In this document: one piece after another, positions 1-11,000 of the stretch
Position numbering within the stretch: position 1 is the first letter of the stretch
Layout of the letters: each line of letters opens with the position of its first letter
Notes under the pieces: generated by a model
Told to the model about the DNA's origin: nothing
The model's database searches: none
Seen by the model: the letters and a program-made list of their open reading frames with translations, nothing else
Position numbers and translations under genes: made by a program
DNA from: Hyaloraphidium curvatum SAG 235-1
Lineage: Eukaryota > Fungi > Monoblepharomycota
Direction: 5' to 3'
Assembly: GCA_025558095.1 (NCBI GenBank)
Contig: JAIVFI010000015.1
Location: forward strand, 372,001-436,000
Length of the DNA: 64,000 nucleotides

Positions 1-2
1 GG

Positions 3-3000
3 CGTGCGTGGTGCTACATCTGGAACCTCCGCTGGACGGGCCAAATGCTGTACTTTACGGCGAGTTGGCGGCCGGCAGAAGAAACCCACCGCCTTTCTGA
101 CACGTTGCTGACCGACAGCACGATTTCAACCCCACGGAGCACCTACCCTACCGCATCCCGCCGGGCGCCGCCATTGACCAGCTGCCGACGGAGCAGGCGA
201 TCTCGCTCAGGCAGATCAAGGAGCCGATCACGCCGAGGGTGGGAGGCCAAAGCACAACTGCAAGACGGCGCCAGATCTTTCGCCCATACGGATGGCGAGA
301 CTTCGACACCCTGCGCGATCTGCTCGTGACCGTTAAGGCTGTCGCCGATAACGACAAAGAGCGATTGGCCGTTGATCAGCTCACCCACCTGATCGTGGCC
401 GTTGGGACCAATATTGACGCGTTCGTAGGGACGGCTGGTGTTGTGTGCCCTCACTGACTTGCCCTCCTTTGCCAGCCCCAACTCGGCCTCCTTCCTCCTC
501 AAGAAGCCCAGAACATGCTTCGTGAGGTGTCTCCAGGACTACTCCGTGCCGCGGCAGGTCATGGTGCCCATCCTTTATCTGGTCGAGAAGGCTGGAATCC
601 ACATGGGCGTGGAGTTTGGCGGGCAAGTCGAGGTGACACACGAGTGCCAGTACGTCGGCCGCGTGCTCTCGGCGAACGGTTCTGACACACCGGCCCAATA
701 GCCTTTGCGACGATCCGCTATCAACCGAAACTGCCAAAAATGCTCGTCTCGCGGTTCCCCTCACCGCCGACCAGGCGCTTGATCTCCACCACGCACGCAA
801 CCACTTTTGGGTTGTTGCGGATGGCGAGGTGGCCCGGAAGGTCAAGGCGGCCGCCTCGGACCTCGTGCTGTGGTCAAGCGAGAACGTCGGACCCTGGCGG
901 GGCGCGCTTCGGGCTCGGAACATTGACGTGCCCACGGGCGATGGCGCGGCAATCCTGGGCTTTCGGAATATGAGCAGTTTGATGCTCGCCCCACTGCGCG
1001 CTGGGTACGACGTGGACTGGCTCCGGAGCGGCACGTGGTGGGTTTCGGCTCGAACGGCGCATGGTCGATGGATGATTCTCAACAGGAAGGCGCCCGACAG
1101 GCAAGTTCTCGGGGAACGCATCGTCACCTCGTTCGCCAGCAAGAGGGCACTTTCCCACGATGCCCGCCTTTTCCCCGCACTGCACGATACGGAGGCATGG
1201 CTCAAGGTTCGCCAAATCGCGCAAAGCTTCGGTGAGGCCGTCTCCACCGCGCACATTGCCGACCGCCTCACCAGGCACCTCAGACGGATGGTTCAAGGAC
1301 TCTGACAAGATCACGTTCGCCGCGGCCCTCGACACGACCCCCCTCCTGCCCATCACCGACATCCCTCGCCGACCGACCAGCGCCGGCGCAGGCAACATTG
1401 CAGCCACCCTGGGGCAACCTTCTTCGGCGGGATCGACGGAGCCTACCAAGGAGCACGTGGTCGTGGAATCTTCCCCGGGCCCGGCCACCGCGAGCCCCGG
1501 TCCTGCGGCGCGCAGCCGAGTAGCGGCGACCCCGGATCCCGCAAGCCCAACCCTGTCGGGTTCACCGAGCGCCCAGGAGTGCTGGACTGAGGACGGCGCC
1601 TGCGCCGCCTGCGGAGTCTCGAAGGTGCTGGTCGGCAAGACAAGGCATCGCAGCTTCTGCACCGAAAAGGTGCGGCGCTTCGTCTCCGCCACGATGCGCG
1701 CGGGAAGGCCGAGCAGCGACTACGAGGCGAAGGTCAGGTCAGCTCTTTCATGTCAGTTGCTTTACTCACGCTGCGTTTACTCCAGATCTCTACCACGGCC
1801 CACGGCAGGCCGGTGCAGTCGGCTGTTTTGGACCACCTGCGGCACATCCTAGTCCGCGAGTTCGAGGCCGAGGCACACACCGAGAAGCTCCGCAAGGAGC
1901 TGGGCCTCGCTATGGGAATGTTTCAAAGGCACTGGGTCGGGGAGCGCAGCTACGTCCTGGACACGGCCACCGTGTCCAGAATGGCCACCATGGGTACGAG
2001 CGAGTCCGGTGCCGTGCGGTTCGTCACTCATTCCCGATATTCTGCGGCAGTCGCGAGTCGGCTACAGCTTGGCCATCGCGAGAGCAGGTATCAGACGGGG
2101 GCAGGCCTGACTGCCGGCGGCGACGAGTTCGCCGCAGACCGCAAGGCGACAGCGGTGGCCATGTACGCGTCGGTCAAGCGCGACTTTGTTCCGATGCTGA
2201 TGAGGGACGAGCGCGCATCGTACGAGGAACGACTGCTGAGCTCGGTGAGTTTCTGTGACGGTCATTAGCGCTCGCTGGCATTTAGCATCCATCTTGCAGG
2301 ACCTCAACTCTGTTGTTGGAGAGTTCATTCGCAACGCCAAGCGGCTGGCGATTTGGGAGACTCCCAAGGACATCCGCAAGCTTATTCGCGGCCAAGTTCA
2401 GAATGCCGGTGCCTTGTTCCCGACAAAGACCCAAAACCATGTCTGCCGCACAATCTGGGAATCGCTTTTCGACTTTACCGTCATCACGGCCTACCGTCTG
2501 GAACTCGGCGCAACGATCCTGCTGGGCAAGGTGAAACTGGCTGAGGCTGCGACAGCCCCGCGCGCCGCCGCAGGCGGAGGAACCGAGGCACAAGGCGGCC
2601 GCGCCAGCCGGAGGAAACGGCGCACGTACCACGAGGACAAGGACGATGAGGCGGAGAATGAAGCCGAAGCAGCGGCTGACCAAGCCGAATCGGATCTTGG
2701 TGGTGCCCAGCAGCCGGCCGCGCAGGCCGACGCCACCGCGGCTCCCCGCGTGTTCTCGGACGAACAAGTCGCCGCGGCCGAGCGAATTCGAGCGGGTATC
2801 TTGCGGTGCCTGGGTGGGGAGGAGATCGCGAGGAAGGTGTTCGAGGAGCTGAAAGGGATAGCGAGAGTTCAGGTCAGTTTCTGATCTGCAGCTCACCGCA
2901 GACCCCAGCGGGCCGCTGACATCACACCTGCAGTACCTGCCTGTTCCTCCCTGGCCGCTGCGGAGGGTATTGACGGAGGAGATCGTCGCCGGCTTGGCGG

Positions 3001-6000
3001 AGGGCTACTTCGAGAGACATGGGTACGAGGCTGCAGCGATCGCGGCGTTCGGGCCCATTGCAGTGAGTGACTTTCGCGAGCTGCGTTGGCCTTGGCTGCT
3101 AACGCCCCGTGTCCTCGGTAGACGCAGGAACGCGGGCGGCTGCAAGGGCTGACGGACGACCAGCTGCTGAACGAGATCGCCGATGAGCAAGCTCAAGAGG
3201 CAAGAACCGTCGATGCAAATTGATGGGGCCGCGATATAACGAGAGCATTCGCCCACAGACTATCGTCGACAAGTACAAAGACGACCGTGCGGCGTACGAG
3301 AAGGCCTATCAGCTGGCCATTCGCGGAGTTTCGGACGGCTTCAGGCAGCCGCGATATTGGTATCTCACGACGTTACAGAAGTACCCAGAGTTCTGCGAAC
3401 AGCACCGAGACGCCACGGAGCTTGCGGAGAAGGGCAAGATCGTGCCGCGCTGGGTGCCTACACAGAAGATGCAGCGGGCGGAGGTGAGCGACCCCAGTTT
3501 CGAAGCTCTCGGGTCTCACTCGGTGCGCAACTTCACCACCGACTCCAGGAAGGCGCGCAAGCTGCGGATGGGGAGCAACCGGCCGCGGAGCCCGACCAAG
3601 AGACCGACGAGCAAGGGGACGGGGAGGAGGAGGAGGACGAGGAGGAGATTGAAGATTTCGAGGAAGAGGACGCGGGCGGGGACGCCGCGGGGCAACCACA
3701 GGCACCGGATACCGGCGGTCCGGTGGGCGGCCACGCGGTGCCGGCGGCCGAGGGTGCCGAGGGCCGTGCTGCCGCGAGGAAACGCAAGTCCAAGTACGAC
3801 ATCAAGTGGAACCTCATCCACCTGGCCCGACACGCCATCGTCAAGGGCCTCGAGGAGGTCAACGAGGAGAGAAAGCCAGCGCTGGACGTCTACAAGGCCC
3901 AGTTCGACGAATACCGGAAGGCGCGCGAGGAGCGGGTAAAGCAGGCGGCAGAGGCTATGCCGCTCAGGAGTTCGGAAGGCTCTGCTGCTGGGGGTGGAGC
4001 GGCGTCGAGTGCGGCGTCGAACGAGCCACGCCGTTCGCAGCGCCTTTCGCAGCGTGTGATCGCCGGCGAGGACGGCGGGCCTGTCGGAATGGGCCCACTC
4101 GTGCCGATCGAAACGCAGGACGCAGGCGGTGGTGGTGCCTTCGACGAGCTCCGCTTCATGGAGCTTGCGGAAGAGCGCAAACGCGGGCGCAAGGCGCGCC
4201 GCACCGTCGAGCCGGCGGCCAGGGCGGCGGCTTCTTCTTCTGCACCTCCGCCGCAGTTGAAGAAGAACCTGTTCGAGCAGAAGTGGCGGGGCGACGACAA
4301 GCCGCCGGACAGCAAGCCGATCGAGGAGCTGCCGCGACCGAAGCGGCCGCTACGGATGATCAAGATCCCGCAACTGACCCCACTGGCCTCGCACCGCTTT
4401 GGATTCTACTTCCGCGAGGTCTCCGCCATATCCGACTTCCTGTGCAGGTGTGTTCGGATTTCCGGGACCGCGGTCACCTTCGGCTGACGATTTGTCTGCA
4501 ATCGCAGACTCAAGCTCGACCCGACTCGCTCTTCCTCCAAGACCGCCGCGCGCACTGCTTTCCTCGCGGACCGAGACTTTTACCTCGGCTGGATTTTCGA
4601 TCTCTCCGACTTCAGCCACCTGTTGCGCGGCTGCATCGTCCGGGACACTCCAACAATCATGCATTTCAATGGCCTGCAAACAAACGGAGTGGAGCTGCGG
4701 TTCATCTTGACGCGGGTCGAGTGGGTGCCGAAGTCGAAGCAGAAGAAGCTGGCGGAGGAACGGCTTCGAGAGGCCAAGAAGCGTGCTTCGGGGCTCACGG
4801 CGGCGGAGAGGAAGGACTTTGACAAACGGAAGCGGAAGCTCGACGAGGAGCTCGACGAGGAGGAGAGGAAAGAGTTCGGACGGCTCTCGGGTAGGTGTCA
4901 CTTACGTCGTCGACGCTGTCAGGCTCCTTGACTTGACTCGCACCTCAGACCGGATTCTCAGCTCGCTACCGCGGAAGCTGCTCGAGTTCGAGGACCTTCT
5001 TCAGGAACCCTTTATCTTGGCCACGGATCCCGGGAACAAGGCCATCACGACGTCGGTCGCCATCATCTCCAAGCAGCACTTCGAAAGGATCCTCGAGATG
5101 GTCAAGCTGCAGCTCGACGATCCGAAAAGACCAGGCAGCAAGCTCGTGCCTAACCCGTTCAACACCGCCATCACCGTCATCCAGCCCAACGGGACGCGGT
5201 TCAAGTACACCTTCTCCTACAAGTACGAGAACGGCCTGATCAAGAGCTGGGACCTGATCCCGTCCAAGAGCCTCAACATCGAGCCGCACGTCCACAACGG
5301 CCGGCTTTACACGCGGCAGCACAAGTACTCGTCCGACAAGTCGCCGGAAGCCTGCGTGCCGAAGCCGCAGTACCTCTCGACGCCCGAATCCATCAAGGGC
5401 AACTGCCCGGAGGAAAAGCAGAGGCAGCGGCGGAGGGCACCGGGCGAGATCGCGCCATGCGATTTGAGCGATGAGCGCTGTCAGGAGTTGTTCGAGGAGC
5501 GGCGGGCCAAGTTCCTCAAGGTCAGCGGCAAAACGCAGGAGGAGGCGGAGAAGATCTGGGACCGCCTCGGGATGCTTCCCGGGGCCGCGCGGTACGAGCT
5601 CGAGCGCATGTGTCCGAGCGACCACATCCGGCGCGCAAAGGGAGTTCCGAAGAACAACAAGATGCGAGAGGGCTGGCGGAAAGAGGCAGGAGTTCTGAAG
5701 GTGAGCATGATCGTGCCTTTTCGCGAGATCACGACTCATCGAGTCCGTCTTCACGAACAGGAGGCTTGTTTCTGGGACGCGGAAAAGAAGGACTACGTGA
5801 CGCGCGCCGCCTCCGTGGAGGAATGGTCGTCGAAGCTGCCGACGCCTCGTACCAGCGATCCGGACCTGTTCCAGAGACATGCACGCTGCATGTTGCAGAC
5901 GCTTCCCGGCCTGCTGGGTAGGTTCAGCAACCCGCGCGACATTCAGCAGCTTCTGACACCGTTCTCTTGCGCCTCAGCACACTACGGACGGTATCGCGAA

Positions 6001-6755
6001 CGGTGAGGAGTCCGCTTGCCAATCGCTTTGGTCATTCTGCTCACCCTCGGACCTCAACAGGCAGCTGCGCATGACCAGCAAACGCCGCGGGGACCACACG
6101 ATGGCCAAGATGGCGGAGGTCTACTTTGCACCGGACGTGCTCGTGCGGCCGTACGATCCTGGCGGCGGCGGCGGCGGGGACGTGATCGTGGCGAGCGACA
6201 ACACGGCGTGGATCTCTTTTCAGAGTATTGCTGGGACCGTACTACCGTACGGCGACGCGAACTTTTCGACCAGCATCCGGGGAAGACCTCCCACTCCGAA
6301 CCGTCAGGTGAGTTCGCGAGCACACGAGGACCGCGAGATTGCTGACCTTCTGCCGACCACAGCTCGTCAAATCTCTTCGGCGCCTCGAAGAGGAGGGCAG
6401 GGACCCGCGCAAGAACCAGCACCTGGCCGAATGGCGCAAGGATCTGTGCCTCTCGTTTGTCCGCGAGTTCCGAACTTCGCGGATGTGCAGGGAGTGCCAC
6501 ATCACCGTGTGCAAGCAGGCCAAGGGAAGGGAGTGCGGGTTGTTGCAGAACAACAAGACGATCTGGGGTGTTAAATGTGAGCATCAATGTGGCCGCGGAC
6601 AGGGCCGACGAGCTGACCGATGATTTGCAGACTGCGAGCTCTGCCACGTGATGTGGAGCAGGGACATTAACGCAGCTTTCAACATCCTCTGGATCTTCTT
6701 GTTTACCATCCTCAACGAGGGAGACAGGCCCGAGGGATTTTTCGTTGAGGTTTAG
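3..6755 (+). CDS. Fanzor: Giant intron-containing Fanzor (eukaryotic TnpB/Cas12-related RNA-guided RuvC endonuclease); 5' end outside the window; about 1,900 aa in-window after splicing
   Basis: Predicted introns: 60-118 (GC-AG), 421-475, 650-701, 1232-1283, 1733-1785, 2245-2299, 2873-2933, 3063-3121, 3200-3258 (GC-AG, least certain), 3484-3548, 4448-4507, 4891-4948, 5701-5760, 5918-5977, 6003-6060, 6308-6362, 6577-6630. Each preserves frame. The spliced C-terminal half has Fanzor-type motifs in order: QLTPLASHRFGFYF; WIFDL...HFNGLQTNGVELRF (TDG-like); RuvC-I ILATDPG (D 5026-5028); LLAHYGRYRERQLR; YGDANFSTSIRGRPPTPNRQLVKSL; RuvC-II VREFRTSRMCREC (E 6465-6467); WGVKYCELCH; RuvC-III WSRDINAAFNI (D 6663-6665); DRPEGF; stop TAG 6753-6755. 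The family call is much firmer than the continuity of the N-terminal exons. Confidence 0.88.
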
Positions 6756-6775
6756 AGTGGGGACGTTTAGAGTGG
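6750..6775 (+). repeat. 11-bp direct repeat GTTTAGAGTGG x2 spanning the Fanzor stop codon
   Basis: Exact copies at 6750-6760 and 6765-6775, separated by GGAC. Confidence 0.85.
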
Positions 6776-6905
6776 CTGTATGCCTCGCGACGTTAGTCGC
6801 TTTCTTGAGTAGTAGTAGAAGCCAGTGCAGGCGGCCGCAGCACATTGAGGAGACACCCCGGGCCCGGAGCTCCGCGCATCGTGCCTTCTGCGCACCGGCG
6901 TCTCT
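6756..6905 (+). ncRNA. Candidate Fanzor omega-RNA scaffold (boundaries uncertain)
   Basis: Lies directly 3' of the Fanzor stop. Stems seen: GTGGC 6772-6776/GCCGC 6834-6838; TGCCT 6781-6785/AGGCG 6829-6833; hairpin GCGAC-GTTA-GTCGC 6787-6800; GAGAC 6850-6854/GTCTC 6900-6904 enclosing GCGCA 6874-6878/TGCGC 6889-6893. The position is consistent with known Fanzor/TnpB loci. Short stems can arise by chance in GC-rich DNA. Confidence 0.4.
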
Positions 6906-6986
6906 GATAGGCGGCTGTTCGGGGCGCATCGGCAGGGTAGGTGTGTTGCGGGGCGCGGCGTATGCCCGCTGACCCCTGCCCGCCAG

Positions 6987-7962
6987 ATGGACGACGACTC
7001 GGCCGAGAACCGCTGGCGCAAGGCGGCCAACGCGCGGTGGGAGCGGTTCAAGAAGACGCAGGCGTCGGGCGACAAGAAGGCGCGCGCGCTGGCCACCGCG
7101 AACAAGCGCGGCGCCGCCGCCCCCGCCGCGCCGTACCCCGGCGTCAAGCGCGACGCGCGCATCCGCAAGCCCGTCGTGCTGCCGCAGCAGGGCGGCTTCG
7201 CGCCGCAGCCGCCCAAGCCGCGCAAGCAGGGCGGCGACGAAGACAACCCGTGGCGCCGCGCCGCAAACGCACGCTGGGAGAAGCACAGGCTGCAGTCGGG
7301 CGCGGGCACCCCCGCCCCGCAGCGGGCCCCGCGCGCCCCCGCAAAGCCCCGCGCGGCCCGCAAGGCGGACGATGCCGAGGCCGACGGCGGGCTGGCCGCC
7401 GTGTTCGACGACGAGACCATGGGCCTCGAGGGCGAGGAGCTGGAGACCTTCAAGAAGATGTGCGACTCGGTGCTGGCAAAGACAAACAGGCTGTCGGGCG
7501 ACTCGCGCAGGCTCATCAAGGAGTTCCTGGCCGGCCAGTACGGTGGGTGTCGCGGCGGGTGCCCGATTGGGAGCCACCGCTGACTCGCCGCCAGACGAGG
7601 AGATGGTCTCGGTCGAAAACATCATCCTCAACGACGAGATCGTGCCGCATCCCGACGAGCCCGGCAAGTACTGCCGCGAGACCCTCACCTTCGAGATGGA
7701 CTACCGCAAGGGCAAATGGCGGAAGCTGAAGCGCAGGTGGAAGCGCGCCATCCTGCAGCAGGAGCTCCAGGACGCGGGGATCCCCTACACGGACGCGGAC
7801 GCGGACGCCAAGGCCGAGGACGACGGGGCGGGCGCGGACGGCGCGGCAGGGGACGAGGACATGAACGGCGAGGGCGCCGGCGCCGACGGCGACGCAGGGG
7901 AGCAAGGGTTCGCGGGCGACGATTCGGCCGCCGGGGACGGTGAAAACGAGATGGACTCTTGA
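6987..7962 (+). CDS. Basic protein with a NELF-A-like C-terminal domain and a duplicated WRxAANARWE motif
   Basis: Exons 6987-7542 and 7595-7962 (intron GTGGGT..CTGAC..CAG). The spliced segment TNRLSGDSRRLIKEFLAGQY-DEEMVSVENIILNDE...TFEMDYRKGKWRKLKR resembles the NELF-A C-terminus as recalled (ANKVTRPEKALILGFMAG...VFEMNYATGQW). An apparent leader intron lies at 6937-6986. Confidence 0.6.
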
Positions 7963-8002
7963 GCGGATCGCTCCTTCAACCATTCGCCATTCGATGTAGC
8001 CT

Positions 8003-11000
8003 CTAGTATTTTTCGGCCATGATGAGCAGAACAAGTGCGCTCCAACCCGTGAACGGATGCGAGCGCTGTCCGGCGCCGTTCAGCGGCGAGTACTGCTCCC
8101 AGATGTAGCCCGTCCGGCGGTACTCCTTGTAAACGTTCTCCATGACGTTCCTTCGGAGCTCGGCATAGATCCGCTGCGCCTCGGCACCGAGCGAGCCCGG
8201 GCACTCGGAGTACCACTGCGGCAAGGAAGGTCAGCGGTGCGCGGCACCCGGGTAGAGGTCCCACGAACCTTCTTCAGCGCCGCAAGGACCAAGTAGTTGA
8301 CGTTGATCCAGATCGGTCCCTTCCAGTAGTTCTCCCCGCCCCCGAAATCGTCGTCCGATGCCGACAGCGACATGATGCCGTAGTCGGACCACAGGTGGTC
8401 CGGATCCCGGAGCAGCTCCAGCACACCTTCCACGCTCGGGTGGCACGGCGGGACAACGCCGAGGATGACCGGGAACAGGCCTACGTAGCCGATGCGGCCG
8501 ATGAAAGTTCGGGTGCCGTCCTCGCGCATGACGACGTCCTGGTAGAACGACTCGTCGTCGTTCCAGTGCACCTCTGTGTCACCAACACTCAGCCCCCGCA
8601 TTCTGCTGCAACGCAAACCCACTCACTCTCGAGCGTGTTCTGCACCCGCTCCAGCTGCGCCAGGAACTCGGCACGGTCGTCCTCCTTCCCCAACCACCCC
8701 GCCAGCTCCGCCAGCGCCTTGGCGTACAGCCCGATCCAGCTCAGCAGGTCCACGTGCAGCTCGCCCTCGTCGGGGGGGTTCGCGCGCGGATAGTCGTCCA
8801 GCCCTACACGCAGAACCGGACTGTCAGCGGCTAAACAAGGTGCAAACGACGACGCACACGAACCAGACGTTAGCGTGTGGTTCACCGTGCGCCCGGTCCA
8901 CCGGAACCCGTCGCATTCGGGACACGCATCGATGGTGCGCCCTCGTTGCGTCCGCCGCATCCACGAGTAGTGCAGCTTCAACTTGTCGTACGCCCCCAGC
9001 AGAAACACCGTCGCCGCGGCGCGGTCCGTGAGCAATCGTCTCCGGAGGTACTTGAGGTCGTCGGCTGTGGATATCGGGGGTATCTCGTTGCCTAGAGCCG
9101 ACATCAGCAGCGAGCAAGATGCTTTCATTCGAATCCGAACACACCTGCGGTCGATTCGGATGCTCGAAGGTCCGCAACGAAACTCAACACAGGGAAAAGC
9201 CATGTGGGTGGGTTGGCGAACGTGGAATCCTGGACCTGGAACTCGGAAGGCACCTTGCACACGGCGCTGTGTCAACTTGCAGCATGCAGGGGGAAGCGGC
9301 TTTCCTACCTTGCTGCGGGCTTCAGGGCCGAGAATCTGTTCTCTGGCAACCCATCCGTCATCATCTAGCAGATTTAGCCAATGCTGGAGGATGTCCATGC
9401 TGGCGAAAGAGTGGTAAGGAAAGTGCGGCGCAGCGTGCACGCGTCACTGATACCTCAGATCGTTGTCCCACTTCTGGACGAGAAGCTGATGGAAGCCCTC
9501 ATCCCTGTCGGTCGGCAACGTAAGATTCTAATCGGCTGTCGCCCGACGGGCGCGCTCACCAGAGGAACCCGCGCGGGAAGAACGGCCGCGACGGCACCGC
9601 CGTGAACAGCACCTGGGGTGCGGTTTCGTGGAAACCCATAGGGGAGTCGTCCTTCTGGAGGCCCGAGCCGTAGAAGTACCTGACGGTGGAGACGTTGAGG
9701 CGTCGCGTCGTGCCCGTGACGTTACCAACACGCACCCCAGGGCGCCAATCATGTTGCTCAGCGCAAACTTGGCCATCTTGATGTGCTTCTTGCCCAAACC
9801 TGCCTCGTCCAGACCAAATACGTCTTCGAACCTCGAATCAAACGCATTGACATCGGCAGTGAGTCGCGTGCCCAGGACTTCCTTGGCGAAAGATTCGCCT
9901 GCGACACTGTCAGCTCAGGCCTTGTCTCAGTCGGACGAGTGAAAACACCTTGCTCCAAAGTAGGGCTGTCTTGGCCAGCGCCCTGCGACATGAACACGAG
10001 GTCCACCTGAAGACGATGAGAAGGCGCTCGCGGGGTTGAGCGACGGCCGCACCTCAAAGGGAGCTTCCAGCGTCTTCTGAGTGACGAAGATATTGGAACC
10101 GGGCGCGGCGTGATTGGGAAGCTGAAACAGCGCCGCCGGCGGCGGAAAGACTGTCGCATTGGGATCCAGCTTGCTCCGTGCCTCGGTCAGGATCAGCTCG
10201 GCCACTCTGTCTGTGTTGCGCACGATCCGTCAAGGAAAGCTCGTGGCGCTTCTCGCCAGCCATACCCTTGACGTTCCACACCGAAGCCCGAGGCGATTGG
10301 GTCCCCCAGAATCGAAGTGGCATGCCCCCGGATCCGACTTCATCTGCAGCGAATGGTCAGACATGCACTTTGCGCTGTCCAGTCCGAGCCCCACTCTCGA
10401 GGAAAAACAAAGAGAAGTTGCCCAGCCCGGGGGCCTGCCCGTCAACAGCGAACCTGCCCCTCTGGAACCCGTGAGGACGAAGCTGGACCGACTTCCAAGT
10501 AGACGACATACCCTCGCCTTGCCACTACGGCGGAGAGCGACCTCACCGGTTTCGGCGGTGTCGAGCGCGACATAGAATAGTAACGAGATGTGGGCAGTCT
10601 CTGGAACGGCGTCGAGTGAGCCTCGAGCATCCGCCATGGGGAAGAAACCAACTGCTCTTGTGCGGTACACCGCTTAATCGGAGAGCCCAGTCGTCTGCAG
10701 AGAAGAGAACCGGAGCAATGTGAGGCCTGTTCGCCCTCCGTCGCGGGTTGACAGCTCCCACTCTGGTTCGCCCCGGTCCCCTTCACAAAAGACGTCGTCA
10801 TGGTGACGTTGTTCAGGGGATCGTTGATCTCCTGGACACCGAAAGTCCGCCCATCGTGCTTCGCCCAACCGTACTGGGCCAGGTTGTCCCCCTGCTCGCA
10901 ACTGTGGCGGATACCTTGCCACGTCGGTCGTGAGCCAGAGCTCCTTTAGACCAGTTCCGTGCTCACTCCTAAACCCAGCATAGTCCCCGAGACCGAACCA

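Noticed and set aside
3187-3223. Apparent frameshift that would make the Fanzor gene a pseudogene
   Set aside because: A 59-nt GC-AG intron (3200-3258) of typical size restores the frame (EQAQE-TIVDKY). This is unproven, so it is kept as a caveat rather than called a pseudogene.
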